Source: Candidatus Omnitrophota bacterium (GTDB lineage Bacteria; Omnitrophota; Gorgyraeia; Gygaellales; Profunditerraquicolaceae). From it: 64,000 nucleotides of DNA. The notes under the pieces were generated by a model. That model was not told the origin of the DNA, made no database searches, and was given only the letters and a program-made list of their open reading frames with translations. Positions 9,250 through 17,864 of the stretch are shown here, piece by piece; the first letter of the stretch is position 1; the number at the start of each line of letters is the position of its first letter. A program made the position numbers and the translations under genes. The stretch spans positions 8,505 to 72,504 of the forward strand of contig JAQURX010000006.1 in the NCBI GenBank assembly GCA_028715415.1. Direction: 5' to 3'.

Positions 9250-9322
9250 AATAAGTAGTTACTCAGCTTAGTGCAGTTTCCGCTGAAGCTATAGTAATAA
9301 ATATTCATAAAGAGGAAAAATA

Positions 9323-9447
9323 TTGATATTATATATAAAATGATATAATAATAAAAACGCAACAGAGGAGATAGTTATGAGTTGCGGAATAAAGAATAAT
9401 TTTAAGGGGCAGATTAAGAGCTAAGTATATCTGCCTCTTATTTTTTT
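9323..9447 (+). promoter_or_regulatory. Promoter (TTGATA ... TGaTATAAT), 15-codon uORF (9377-9424, MSCGIKNNFKGQIKS) and hairpin+U9, an attenuator-like leader
   Basis: Extended -10 at 9341-9349. GAGGAG RBS 6 nt before the uORF ATG. The uORF stop lies in the hairpin loop (GGGCAGAT/ATCTGCCT), which is followed by TTATTTTTTT and then the AGGAGG RBS of the main gene. Confidence 0.4.
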
Positions 9448-9463
9448 AATAGGAGGAACTATT

Positions 9464-10738
9464 TTGAGAAAAGAAAGGATTAATGGTGTTGTCAAAGTAA
9501 AAGAAAAGGTAAACTTTATAAACAAAGTTTCATCTTTTACTGTTCTTGGCGATCCCGGATGTGATGGGCTTGGTGTAGAGATAATGACTACTTTTGCAAA
9601 AGCAATGAGTTGTACGCATACAGATTTTAAGATTATTTTGGGTGATCTTGTCCCATTTGGGCTGGAAGAGTTTTATAAACACATTTACGGAATTATAAAT
9701 AATGTATCTCCAAATCGTGTCTATACTTTATGCGGCAATCATGATACTGATTATTACGTAACATATTTTGGCCTGAAGAATTATATATTGGTAAACGATG
9801 ACTTATTGGTTGTTGTTCTGGATAATTCAAAAAGATTTTTTGAAGCCGAAACTCTCGATTTCCTTGATGAATCTTTAAAAGGCTATAAGCGTAAAAATAT
9901 ACTGATATTATTCCATATCCCTCCTCCGAACAATTTCTCTACCAATAGCATGAAGGTTGAAGAATGGCGGAAGTTAAAACCGATTTTGGATCCCTACAAA
10001 AATAATATCAGGTATATACTCGCAGGGCATGTTCATTCTTTTTTTGAGGATAATTTAGATGGTTATAAGATAATCGTATCAGCCGGAGGCGGGGCAAGGC
10101 TGGAATTTTTTGGCCGTTTACCAGATAAGAATAGTTCATTTCATCATGTATTAAGGTTCTACTTTGATAAGAATTCCAGGTTGCAATATGAATACATGTC
10201 GCTAGCAGATGTATCATATGGCCGCGAGATCAAAAACAAGAAAATTGAAAAATATCTTGATGAGGCTTTTCGAAACGAAGCAATGGCACATATCCGTTAT
10301 CAATTTTTTGCAGATGATGCGCATGAAAAGGGTTTTATCGGGATAGAAAAACTTTTTTTGGCATTATCCAAGTCGGCTTTTTTTCATGCGAAGAATTATT
10401 TTAGTATTCTAAATAATCTGCAGGGTATTGGGCATAATCTTAAATTGAGCCGGAAGATTGAAAAAGCAGATACAGCTGAGCTTCTTTTAAAATATCTACC
10501 GTATTCTATCAAAGCAAATTTGCCTTTAGCCCGGTATGCGTTCGGCGAGGCATATGGTGCAAAAAATAACTATTCCGGATTATTGCCGGAAGCAATTAAA
10601 GCTTATAGTAAAGGAGAAGATATAGGCCAATATGGCTATTATGTATGCACATCTTGTGGCAATACGGGACGGCTTGAGGGTGAACTGGAGCATTGTCCTA
10701 TATGCGGCGCTCCTTTAGACAAGATTATCAGAATGTAA
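9464..10738 (+). CDS. Fusion protein: calcineurin-like metallophosphoesterase + degenerate rubrerythrin-like four-helix domain + rubredoxin-like zinc ribbon
   Basis: TTG start 7 nt after AGGAGG. MPE motifs GDPGCDG, GDLVPFG, GNHD and GHVHSF. Then EAMAHIRYQFFADDAHEKGF (compare [23 protein letters not shown] in the genuine rubrerythrin at 36805), but several diiron ligands are substituted. C-terminal YYVCTSCG ... CPICG. Confidence 0.7.
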   Translation: MRKERINGVVKVKEKVNFINKVSSFTVLGDPGCDGLGVEIMTTFAKAMSCTHTDFKIILGDLVPFGLEEFYKHIYGIINNVSPNRVYTLCGNHDTDYYVTYFGLKNYILVNDDLLVVVLDNSKRFFEAETLDFLDESLKGYKRKNILILFHIPPPNNFSTNSMKVEEWRKLKPILDPYKNNIRYILAGHVHSFFEDNLDGYKIIVSAGGGARLEFFGRLPDKNSSFHHVLRFYFDKNSRLQYEYMSLADVSYGREIKNKKIEKYLDEAFRNEAMAHIRYQFFADDAHEKGFIGIEKLFLALSKSAFFHAKNYFSILNNLQGIGHNLKLSRKIEKADTAELLLKYLPYSIKANLPLARYAFGEAYGAKNNYSGLLPEAIKAYSKGEDIGQYGYYVCTSCGNTGRLEGELEHCPICGAPLDKIIRM

Positions 10739-10753
10739 AATAAGGAGAATAAA

Positions 10754-10879
10754 ATGGCTGTTGAGAAAACAGGAGAGAAGTATAGGTGTAATGTTTGCGG
10801 TAATGAGGTTGTTGTAACAAAGGTTGGCGGCGGAGAACTTGTTTGTTGCGCTCAAGCGATGGAAAAAATCGAAGGGTAA
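10754..10879 (+). CDS. Desulforedoxin-like small Fe(Cys)4 protein (41 aa)
   Basis: MAVEKTGEKYRCNVCGNEVVVTKVGGGELVCCAQAMEKIEG, with the same Cys spacing as D. gigas desulforedoxin (..YKCELCGQVV ... GGGTLVCCGEDM..). AAGGAG RBS. Confidence 0.65.
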   Translation: MAVEKTGEKYRCNVCGNEVVVTKVGGGELVCCAQAMEKIEG

Positions 10880-10901
10880 AATAAGGAAGGAGGTGATTAG
10901 C

Positions 10902-11012
10902 ATGTGCGACTCTTGCGGGTGCTCTCCATGTAAGAAATGCGGTAAGCCAATCAAGAATGGAGTTTGCGAAGGCTGTAAAAAGAAAGCTGATGAATGCGTT
11001 TGTAAGAAATAA
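10902..11012 (+). CDS. Cys-rich metallothionein-like peptide (36 aa, 10 Cys)
   Basis: GGAAGGAGG RBS then ATG. MCDSCGCSPCKKCGKPIKNGVCEGCKKKADECVCKK. Confidence 0.5.
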   Translation: MCDSCGCSPCKKCGKPIKNGVCEGCKKKADECVCKK

Positions 11013-11055
11013 TTTTTAGACATCTTGGTTTAAACATAATATATTTACGTACAAA

Positions 11056-11097
11056 ATAGCCGTAGTTACAAAAAGTAGCTGCGGCTATTTTTTTTTG
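11056..11097 (+). terminator. Rho-independent terminator
   Basis: ATAGCCGTAG ... CTGCGGCTAT stem followed by T9. Confidence 0.6.
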
Positions 11098-11160
11098 AAA
11101 GTATCTCATTGATGCATTAAACCTTGATTATCGTCTTCCCCGGATTTATAATAATTACCT

Positions 11161-11415
11161 ATGGCCTGGCATGTTTATATTATTGAATGCAAAGATGGAA
11201 AGTTTTATACAGGCATAACTAAAGATTTAAAACGTAGATTAAGAGAGCATGATAGCGGTAATGGTTGCAAGTATACCAGTTGTCGCGCTCCGGTTAAATT
11301 AGTACATAGTGAAAAAGCATTAAACAGGTCGCGAGCGCTTAAGAGAGAGGCTCAGATTAAGCAGCTATCAAGGGAAGCGAAGCTCAAGTTGATTAAAAGG
11401 GTAGATGTAGATTGA
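11161..11415 (+). CDS. GIY-YIG nuclease superfamily protein (UPF0213/YhbQ-like)
   Basis: 84 aa. WHVYIIECKDGKFYTGITKDLKRRLREH matches the GIY-(x10)-YTG motif with the Arg and Glu that follow. Confidence 0.8.
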   Translation: MAWHVYIIECKDGKFYTGITKDLKRRLREHDSGNGCKYTSCRAPVKLVHSEKALNRSRALKREAQIKQLSREAKLKLIKRVDVD

Positions 11416-11460
11416 AGGCAGTTCTCTAAAATTAGAGGATTGCCTTTTTTTGTGAGGAGG

Positions 11461-11856
11461 ATGAAAATGCTTAAAAGATTGTTTAGGTTTTTGCTTGTAA
11501 GTTTTACTGCAGTTAATCTTTGCGGTTGTGTTGTGGCTATGGGGGTAATGGCTGAATCAGCGAAAGCAAAACAAAATTTTGATATTCCTTATTCTCAGGC
11601 TTTAGATGTAGTCAAGGGAGCACTCAAGACGCTAGATATAGAATTTGAAAGAGCGGATATAAGGCAGGATATAGCGCAAGTAAAAGGCAAGTATAGCAAT
11701 GGCAGAACAGTCCGGATTTTAATTTCTAAGGTTAGTGATACAGAGTCTGAGATAGCGGTGCGCGCTGGCATGACCGGTGCAGGAAAAAAAGATGCAGAAG
11801 ATATTCTTAAGGCTATTGCTGATTACTACGATTTGACAAAAACAATAACTAAATAA
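11461..11856 (+). CDS. Hypothetical lipoprotein
   Basis: GAGGAGG RBS right before the ATG. Signal peptide MKMLKRLFRFLLVSFTAVNLCGC with a lipobox. No recognisable domain. Confidence 0.55.
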   Translation: MKMLKRLFRFLLVSFTAVNLCGCVVAMGVMAESAKAKQNFDIPYSQALDVVKGALKTLDIEFERADIRQDIAQVKGKYSNGRTVRILISKVSDTESEIAVRAGMTGAGKKDAEDILKAIADYYDLTKTITK

Positions 11857-11892
11857 AGTAGAAACAGTTTCTATCTATAAAGGTATCGGTTT

Positions 11893-14814
11893 ATGATGGT
11901 GCGTTACTTAAAATCTTTCAGCTTTTTTAGTTCTATCCTGGTTCTTCTTTTTAATCCTTCTATGCTCTTCGCTGAGTCGTATGCTGATTCAATCGCAAAC
12001 GCACTAGCCAATATCAAGAATGTATCCGGTACCAATGCCTTTGTCCCTAATTATCCTACACGTGGCAATAAGGCGATGATTACTATTGAAGGCAGCCCGG
12101 CAGCGGAAAATCCTGATTTTGGCTTGACGTATAAGAGTAATTACGGAGATGGAAAAGATTACCTTATAGTTAGGACTCTTACCAATTCGGGTTATTATTG
12201 CAGCAGTAGTACCGGGGCCCTGACAAACGGCACAGGGGATTATACCACTTTCGGAAAAGCTTCTGCATCTGCCACTTGGGTTACTACCGGTAATGATGCC
12301 ACAAATTTTATTAATAATAATGTTTCTTCTGCGGCTAATCTAACCACTTCTATGGAACGCGGTTTAGGTATGAGTGGAGCAGGGACGCATACTGCAGTAG
12401 TGGAATACGGTGTGCTTGCAAATAATAATAAGCTTATCCGTCCGACCAACCTGCTGACTATTAAAAGTCCTTATTCTACAACTAATACTGATTACACTTA
12501 TCATGATTCTTTTACAGCGGTAAACCCCGGAGCTGCGGTTATGGATCCCGAGGTTTTTAGTAATGCGCAGGCTTATTTACGAGCCTGGCAGACTTCTGCA
12601 TTGGTTAATGGCACTTTTCCCTGGACGGAATTGGGCTATACATATTACTGGGGCCAAAGTTCTACGGCTCTTAACAGTATCCAAGGATTAAGCGAATTTA
12701 TTATATTAGGGACTACGGCAGTGAAAATTATCGGTATATATTCTCCGCAGTCTTACTATTATACTAAAAATTCTGGTCAATATGGCAATGGATACGCAAA
12801 TTTTAATGTTACGGGAGGCTGTGATACTGTCTGGGCGGGAAATGCTTTTCAGTCTGAAGCCAGCACAAATTCGGCTAGCCCGAACACGATTACCATCGCC
12901 AGCGGCGCGACGATTTCCGGAGGCCAGGGCATTCTGGTTTGGTCGCCGAATTACACTGTTACTAACTCAGGGACAATCAGCGGAGCGACGGATAATAAGC
13001 TTAAGGATGCTAATGTAAATCCTGTCCGTCCAGGCATGAGCAATACGGTGAATGTGGCACTACTTTTCTTAGGGGATACTACTTACGGCAGTATAGCTGG
13101 CGGTAAAAATATACTTACTAACTCAGGCACGATTTCCAGCCCCGGGACCGCTATAGAGGCAGATGCCGGGAATACAGATATTACTAATAATGGAAGTGGC
13201 ATAATTTATGGAAATAATTATGCAATTCTAACTGCTGCGGGTGATGATACTGTTACGATAAACGGCGGCGAGTTAACCGGAAGCATAGATTTGGGAACCG
13301 GTACAGATACATTTGAGGTAGCAGGAACAGCGACTCTTAATTTTTTTCTTAACCGTGATACGCGCACTTCAGCGCAGCTTGTAAACGCGGAAACAGTTAC
13401 TCTTGCTGATAATAAGGCAACGCTTGCTGTTACTGCAGCAGTGGGTACAAGCAACTTTCGCACTAACGATAGTTTTCTGATTGTTGATGCCAAGACAAAA
13501 CTTAACGCTGATGTGGCTAAAATCTCTGTTGAAAACGATCCTACCCTTCCTATGGTAACTTTTTCAGCGAGTAAAAGCGGGGAAACTCTTTCTCTTATTG
13601 CTACCCGCGACAATACTTATTATAAAAATAATAGTAGTAACAGTTCGTTAGGTTCTGCTCTTGATAGCTTGGCTGATTCTGCAAGCGTTGATATGTCAGA
13701 AATAATCGGGGCGCTTGATGATTCAGGTAATGCGTTGAATACCAAAAAGCTAGAACCGGTGGCAGCCTTACCTATTGTTAATACGGTGATACAAACGTTG
13801 AGTAATTTTGTGAATGCATTTACTTCCCAGATGGCGCGCCTTAATAACGATGATTCTGAAATAGAGGTTTATGCGGTAAATGGCGATAAAGAGATGCTCT
13901 TACCAAATAGTGCTGCGCATAATCTACTTGCTTACAATAGTAATTCAATTCTTGAGAATTCTTATGACCGTCCGCAAAATTGGGAAGTTTTTGCTACCGG
14001 CTTTGGTGTAATGGGTTTTCAGTCTGATCACGATAATGCTGTTGGTTACGAGAGCGGTGGTGGAGGGACTCAATTCGGGTTTTACCGCCGTGCCAATGAT
14101 GAATTTATGTTAGGGTTTCTTGGCGGGTATATGTTTAATAATGTTAAGCTTAATCAGGAAACCGGTTCTCAGGATATTAATTCTGTGCGCATAGGCCCTT
14201 GCGGGAAATGGATGCGCAAGGATTTGTATGCCACGGGGGCTGTTACTTATGGTTATCATGGAGTTAAAGCTAATCGTAAAATAAATATTGGCATAATTAA
14301 CCGGCAGGCAGACGCGGATTACAGTATGCATGATATTTCTCCATTAATTGAAACTGGGTATATTTTCAGGCCTAAGAAAAATCTGGAAATTGTTCCCAAT
14401 ATTTCTTTGCAATATGACTGGATGCATAGCCAGTCATATAATGAATCAGGCGCGGGGTCAGCGGATTTAAGCGTTGACGCGTTTAACTCTAATTCTCTTA
14501 TTTCTGTGCTTGGAGTCCGGTTCAATGGCCGTATAGACTTAAAGAATAGCGTATTTCTTCCGGAATTCAATGTGGGTTGGCAGCATGAGTATTTAGGCCG
14601 TTTAGGCGATGTGAATGCTTCTTTTTCCAGTGAATCTTCAGGAGCTTTCACTACTCACGCAAATGTATTTGACCGCAATGCCGTAAGAGCAGGGGTGGCG
14701 GCAAATTTTATTTACGGAAAGAATCACAATGCTTTATCATTTCAGTATAATGCCGAAGTTTATGATTCTGCTTCCAACCACGTTTTTAGTGTCACCAGTA
14801 GGAATTATTTTTAA
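11893..14814 (+). CDS. Type Va autotransporter (Ser/Thr/Gly/Asn-rich beta-helical passenger + C-terminal beta-barrel translocator)
   Basis: 973 aa. Signal peptide, a repetitive T/S/G/N passenger, about 280 C-terminal aa with alternating hydrophobic beta-strands, and a terminal aromatic (..SRNYF). Confidence 0.8.
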   Translation: MMVRYLKSFSFFSSILVLLFNPSMLFAESYADSIANALANIKNVSGTNAFVPNYPTRGNKAMITIEGSPAAENPDFGLTYKSNYGDGKDYLIVRTLTNSGYYCSSSTGALTNGTGDYTTFGKASASATWVTTGNDATNFINNNVSSAANLTTSMERGLGMSGAGTHTAVVEYGVLANNNKLIRPTNLLTIKSPYSTTNTDYTYHDSFTAVNPGAAVMDPEVFSNAQAYLRAWQTSALVNGTFPWTELGYTYYWGQSSTALNSIQGLSEFIILGTTAVKIIGIYSPQSYYYTKNSGQYGNGYANFNVTGGCDTVWAGNAFQSEASTNSASPNTITIASGATISGGQGILVWSPNYTVTNSGTISGATDNKLKDANVNPVRPGMSNTVNVALLFLGDTTYGSIAGGKNILTNSGTISSPGTAIEADAGNTDITNNGSGIIYGNNYAILTAAGDDTVTINGGELTGSIDLGTGTDTFEVAGTATLNFFLNRDTRTSAQLVNAETVTLADNKATLAVTAAVGTSNFRTNDSFLIVDAKTKLNADVAKISVENDPTLPMVTFSASKSGETLSLIATRDNTYYKNNSSNSSLGSALDSLADSASVDMSEIIGALDDSGNALNTKKLEPVAALPIVNTVIQTLSNFVNAFTSQMARLNNDDSEIEVYAVNGDKEMLLPNSAAHNLLAYNSNSILENSYDRPQNWEVFATGFGVMGFQSDHDNAVGYESGGGGTQFGFYRRANDEFMLGFLGGYMFNNVKLNQETGSQDINSVRIGPCGKWMRKDLYATGAVTYGYHGVKANRKINIGIINRQADADYSMHDISPLIETGYIFRPKKNLEIVPNISLQYDWMHSQSYNESGAGSADLSVDAFNSNSLISVLGVRFNGRIDLKNSVFLPEFNVGWQHEYLGRLGDVNASFSSESSGAFTTHANVFDRNAVRAGVAANFIYGKNHNALSFQYNAEVYDSASNHVFSVTSRNYF

Positions 14815-14864
14815 GTAAAAAAGGTAAGTTTTTTGAGAAAATATGGGCTTGTTTAGGAGCAAAA

Positions 14865-16250
14865 ATGCAAGTAAGATTTAAGCGTTATCTATTTTTATTT
14901 GTGGGATTTCTTGTAATTTTTATTATTTTGTCCTCCAGGGTTTCTGCCGAGACTAAAGAGATTCCTCTTCTTGAGCCATTTACTAAAGAGGATCGCGTTC
15001 TTGTCCTTGCTCCTCATCCTGACGACGAAGATATAGGATGTGGAGGCGTAATTCAGCGTGCCCTTAAATCCGGTTCTCAGGTAAAAGTGGTATACCTGAC
15101 CTGTGGAGACAATAATATATTCTCAATAATATTTTACAATAAATTCTTATTTCCGCTTAAGCTGCTTTTTTTGAAGAAAAAAGATTTTATTGACTTGGGC
15201 CATCAGCGTGTGCATGAGGCAATAGAGGCAATGAAAGTATTGGGGTTGAATGAGAAGGATCTTATATTTTTAGGTTATCCTGATCATGGGACCGATCAGA
15301 TGTTTGTTTATAACTGGAAGCATGAAAAGCCATACAGAAGTTCTTTTAGCGGGCACGCAAATGTTCCTTACGAAGAGAGCATAGGTTATAAAAAAGAATA
15401 TACCGCGGATAATGTCATAGAAGATGTGAAGAGAGTGGTCTCAAATTATAAACCGACTAAAATTTTTGTTTCATCTTCTTCTGATGTTAATGGCGACCAT
15501 TGGGCATACTATTTATATTTAATGGCTTCTCTTGCGGATTTAAACAAGCAGGTTCCCGCTCCAAAAATATACCCATATCTTGTCCATGCCCCCGGCTGGC
15601 CACTTCCGCGGCATTACCACCCTGAGCTTGAAATAGAGCCTTCTTACAAATTCTTTGGAGATGCTTTAGCGCTTGTTAATTGGCGGCAGCTTAGGTTGAC
15701 AAAAGAAGAAATAGAAAAGAAGCATCAGGCTATGTTGGCGTATGATAGCCAGGTTCGCGTTAGTGCCTTTTATCTTATGGCCTTTGTGCGCCAGAATGAA
15801 CTATTCGGAGATTTTCCTAGTATCGTTTTAAAAAGGCAATATCCTATTGACAAGCCGGAACATGATGTGGTTTTTACTTCGGATACGCAATGGTTCGGTT
15901 ACGCAGTTGTTAATGATTATCTTTGGATTAGGTTTAAGAAGCCCAAAGAACTTAAGCATAGGCTTAATGTCACTTTTTCTATTTTTGGCTATAGATATGA
16001 TGTGCCTTTTGCCAAGATGCCGAATACCCTTGTGCGGATTAAATATAATAAGTTTAGTGTTTATAATGCGACAGAAGATAGCAAGGTTTGTGTCGCTGGA
16101 GCATCTTTAGATTTTAATCCGGAGTCGGTAATTTTTAAGATTCCACTTAGTGTATTGGGGAATCCAGAAGGATTTTTATTCGGTTTCGAGACTTCAGAAC
16201 ATTATTTGCCTGTAGGCAGTACTTCTTTCCGGGTGATTTCTATTGAATAG
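14865..16250 (+). CDS. PIG-L/LmbE-family N-acetylglucosaminyl deacetylase, membrane-anchored, with an extra C-terminal beta-rich domain
   Basis: LVLAPHPDDEDIGCGG (the PIG-L zinc motif) and VYLTCGD. N-terminal TM. About 200 aa of unassigned C-terminal extension. Confidence 0.75.
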   Translation: MQVRFKRYLFLFVGFLVIFIILSSRVSAETKEIPLLEPFTKEDRVLVLAPHPDDEDIGCGGVIQRALKSGSQVKVVYLTCGDNNIFSIIFYNKFLFPLKLLFLKKKDFIDLGHQRVHEAIEAMKVLGLNEKDLIFLGYPDHGTDQMFVYNWKHEKPYRSSFSGHANVPYEESIGYKKEYTADNVIEDVKRVVSNYKPTKIFVSSSSDVNGDHWAYYLYLMASLADLNKQVPAPKIYPYLVHAPGWPLPRHYHPELEIEPSYKFFGDALALVNWRQLRLTKEEIEKKHQAMLAYDSQVRVSAFYLMAFVRQNELFGDFPSIVLKRQYPIDKPEHDVVFTSDTQWFGYAVVNDYLWIRFKKPKELKHRLNVTFSIFGYRYDVPFAKMPNTLVRIKYNKFSVYNATEDSKVCVAGASLDFNPESVIFKIPLSVLGNPEGFLFGFETSEHYLPVGSTSFRVISIE

Positions 16251-16300
16251 ACAAGGAAAAAATGATTGCAGCCTGGCGAGATAGGAGGATGGATTAAAAA

Positions 16301-17209
16301 ATGGTTAACTTAACCCAGAAAGAGAAAGATTTACAAGTAAGAGTGATTCGTGTTTCAATGTTTTTTTCAATAGCTATCTTCTTAATTGCTTTAATTGCGG
16401 GGATAATCTCGGATTCAATTACGCTTCTTTTGGATGCTTCCGCGGGATTTATTACAGTATTTATGGCTTTTGTTGTGCATTCCAATATAAAGAAACTTGA
16501 TAGGCCACCGGACAGTTTTTTTAATTTCGGTTACGATAAATTTGAGCCTTTTACCGTGGTAATGCAAGGCGGGATGATAATGTTTTCTTGTGTTGTTGCT
16601 CTGTATTTTGCTATTCAGGATATCGTCCATGCTGAAGATGTGGCGCGTTATGATATCCCGATGATTGCTTCTATGGTTTCTGGTGTTATCGCTTTGATTA
16701 TTGCATTCTTTATCCGTAATGTATCTGTAAGAACGCGTTCGCACATGCTCAAGGCTTCTGCTCTGCACTGGTTTGTGGATAGCTTCTTTTCTTTTGCTAT
16801 GGTTTCTGGTTTTGCTTTCGGTTACTATATGCAACAGAAGGGTTATCATCGTATTACTCCTTATGTTGACCCTGCGATGACGATAATTCTCGCAACTATC
16901 CTTATTTGGACCCCGATAAAACTCATTAAAACAAATTTACGCCAATTACTTGATGCTGCTCCGTCAGATAAAATACGTGCGGAGGTAGAAAAAATAGTTG
17001 ATAGGCACAAGGCGAGGGCTTTTGGAATTCACAGTATTAGAATGAGGGAAGTAAATGAAAAGGTATTTTTATATATTTGTTTTCAGATGCATGGCCATAT
17101 TACTATGCTTCAGGCACAGGAATTTGTTAAGGCTTTTGAAGCCGATGTAGCCGAGCATTTTCCTAAGTACGATGTTATTGTATATTTTTATCCGGTAATA
17201 GCACGGTAA
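16301..17209 (+). CDS. Cation diffusion facilitator (CDF) family metal efflux transporter
   Basis: Six TM helices. DSITLLLDASAGF TM2 motif. C-terminal cytoplasmic dimerisation domain (..LLDAAPSDKIRAEVEKIV ... IVYFYPV). Confidence 0.8.
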   Translation: MVNLTQKEKDLQVRVIRVSMFFSIAIFLIALIAGIISDSITLLLDASAGFITVFMAFVVHSNIKKLDRPPDSFFNFGYDKFEPFTVVMQGGMIMFSCVVALYFAIQDIVHAEDVARYDIPMIASMVSGVIALIIAFFIRNVSVRTRSHMLKASALHWFVDSFFSFAMVSGFAFGYYMQQKGYHRITPYVDPAMTIILATILIWTPIKLIKTNLRQLLDAAPSDKIRAEVEKIVDRHKARAFGIHSIRMREVNEKVFLYICFQMHGHITMLQAQEFVKAFEADVAEHFPKYDVIVYFYPVIAR

Positions 17210-17297
17210 AAGACAGTAGTTAATTAATTAAATCCGTGAGTTTATAAATTACTTGTAATAATAGTAACGAATATTAAAATAACTAAGAGGAATTCAC

Positions 17298-17714
17298 ATG
17301 AAATCATTTACAGAATATTTGTGGTTTAATACGAAACAGAGGCAGGAGTTTATAAATGTAACGGCTCAGGTTGAAGAGGCAGTTAAGAAGAGCGGGGTCA
17401 AAGAAGGACTTTGTTTGGTAAACGCAATGCATATAACCGCTTCAGTATTTATTAATGATGATGAATCAGGATTGCATGATGATTTTAGCCAGTGGCTTGA
17501 AAGGCTCGCACCATACGGTAAAGATAAGTATAGACATAATCTTAGCGGTGAAGATAATGGGGATGCGCATTTAAAAAGAACGATTTTAGGCAGAGAAGTT
17601 GTAGTTGCGATTACTAATAGTAAGCTTGATTTCGGCCCCTGGGAGCAGATATTTTACGCTGAATTTGACGGCAGGCGCAAGAAGAGGGTTTTAATAAAGA
17701 TTATCGGTGAGTAA
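17298..17714 (+). CDS. YjbQ/UPF0047 family protein (secondary thiamine-phosphate synthase)
   Basis: 138 aa with the HITASV (HTTAS-like) core and a G-x2-N-x-H-x2-LK-like segment. Confidence 0.8.
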   Translation: MKSFTEYLWFNTKQRQEFINVTAQVEEAVKKSGVKEGLCLVNAMHITASVFINDDESGLHDDFSQWLERLAPYGKDKYRHNLSGEDNGDAHLKRTILGREVVVAITNSKLDFGPWEQIFYAEFDGRRKKRVLIKIIGE

Positions 17715-17864
17715 AGAAATATGAACGCAATTAATTAGATTGGAGTAAAGAGCATTTGTTAAGGGGTTTCTAAATTAAAGCGATAAGCTTTTATGTATAA
17801 AAAGTTAAAAAATAAACAAGAAAATTAATTGTTAAGAAGGAAATAAAGTGATAGTATTTAATAC

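Noticed and set aside
10824-11012. 62-aa version of the Cys-rich ORF starting at 10824
   Set aside because: The upstream portion overlaps the desulforedoxin-like gene. A strong GGAAGGAGG SD precedes the internal ATG at 10902, so the 36-aa form is preferred.
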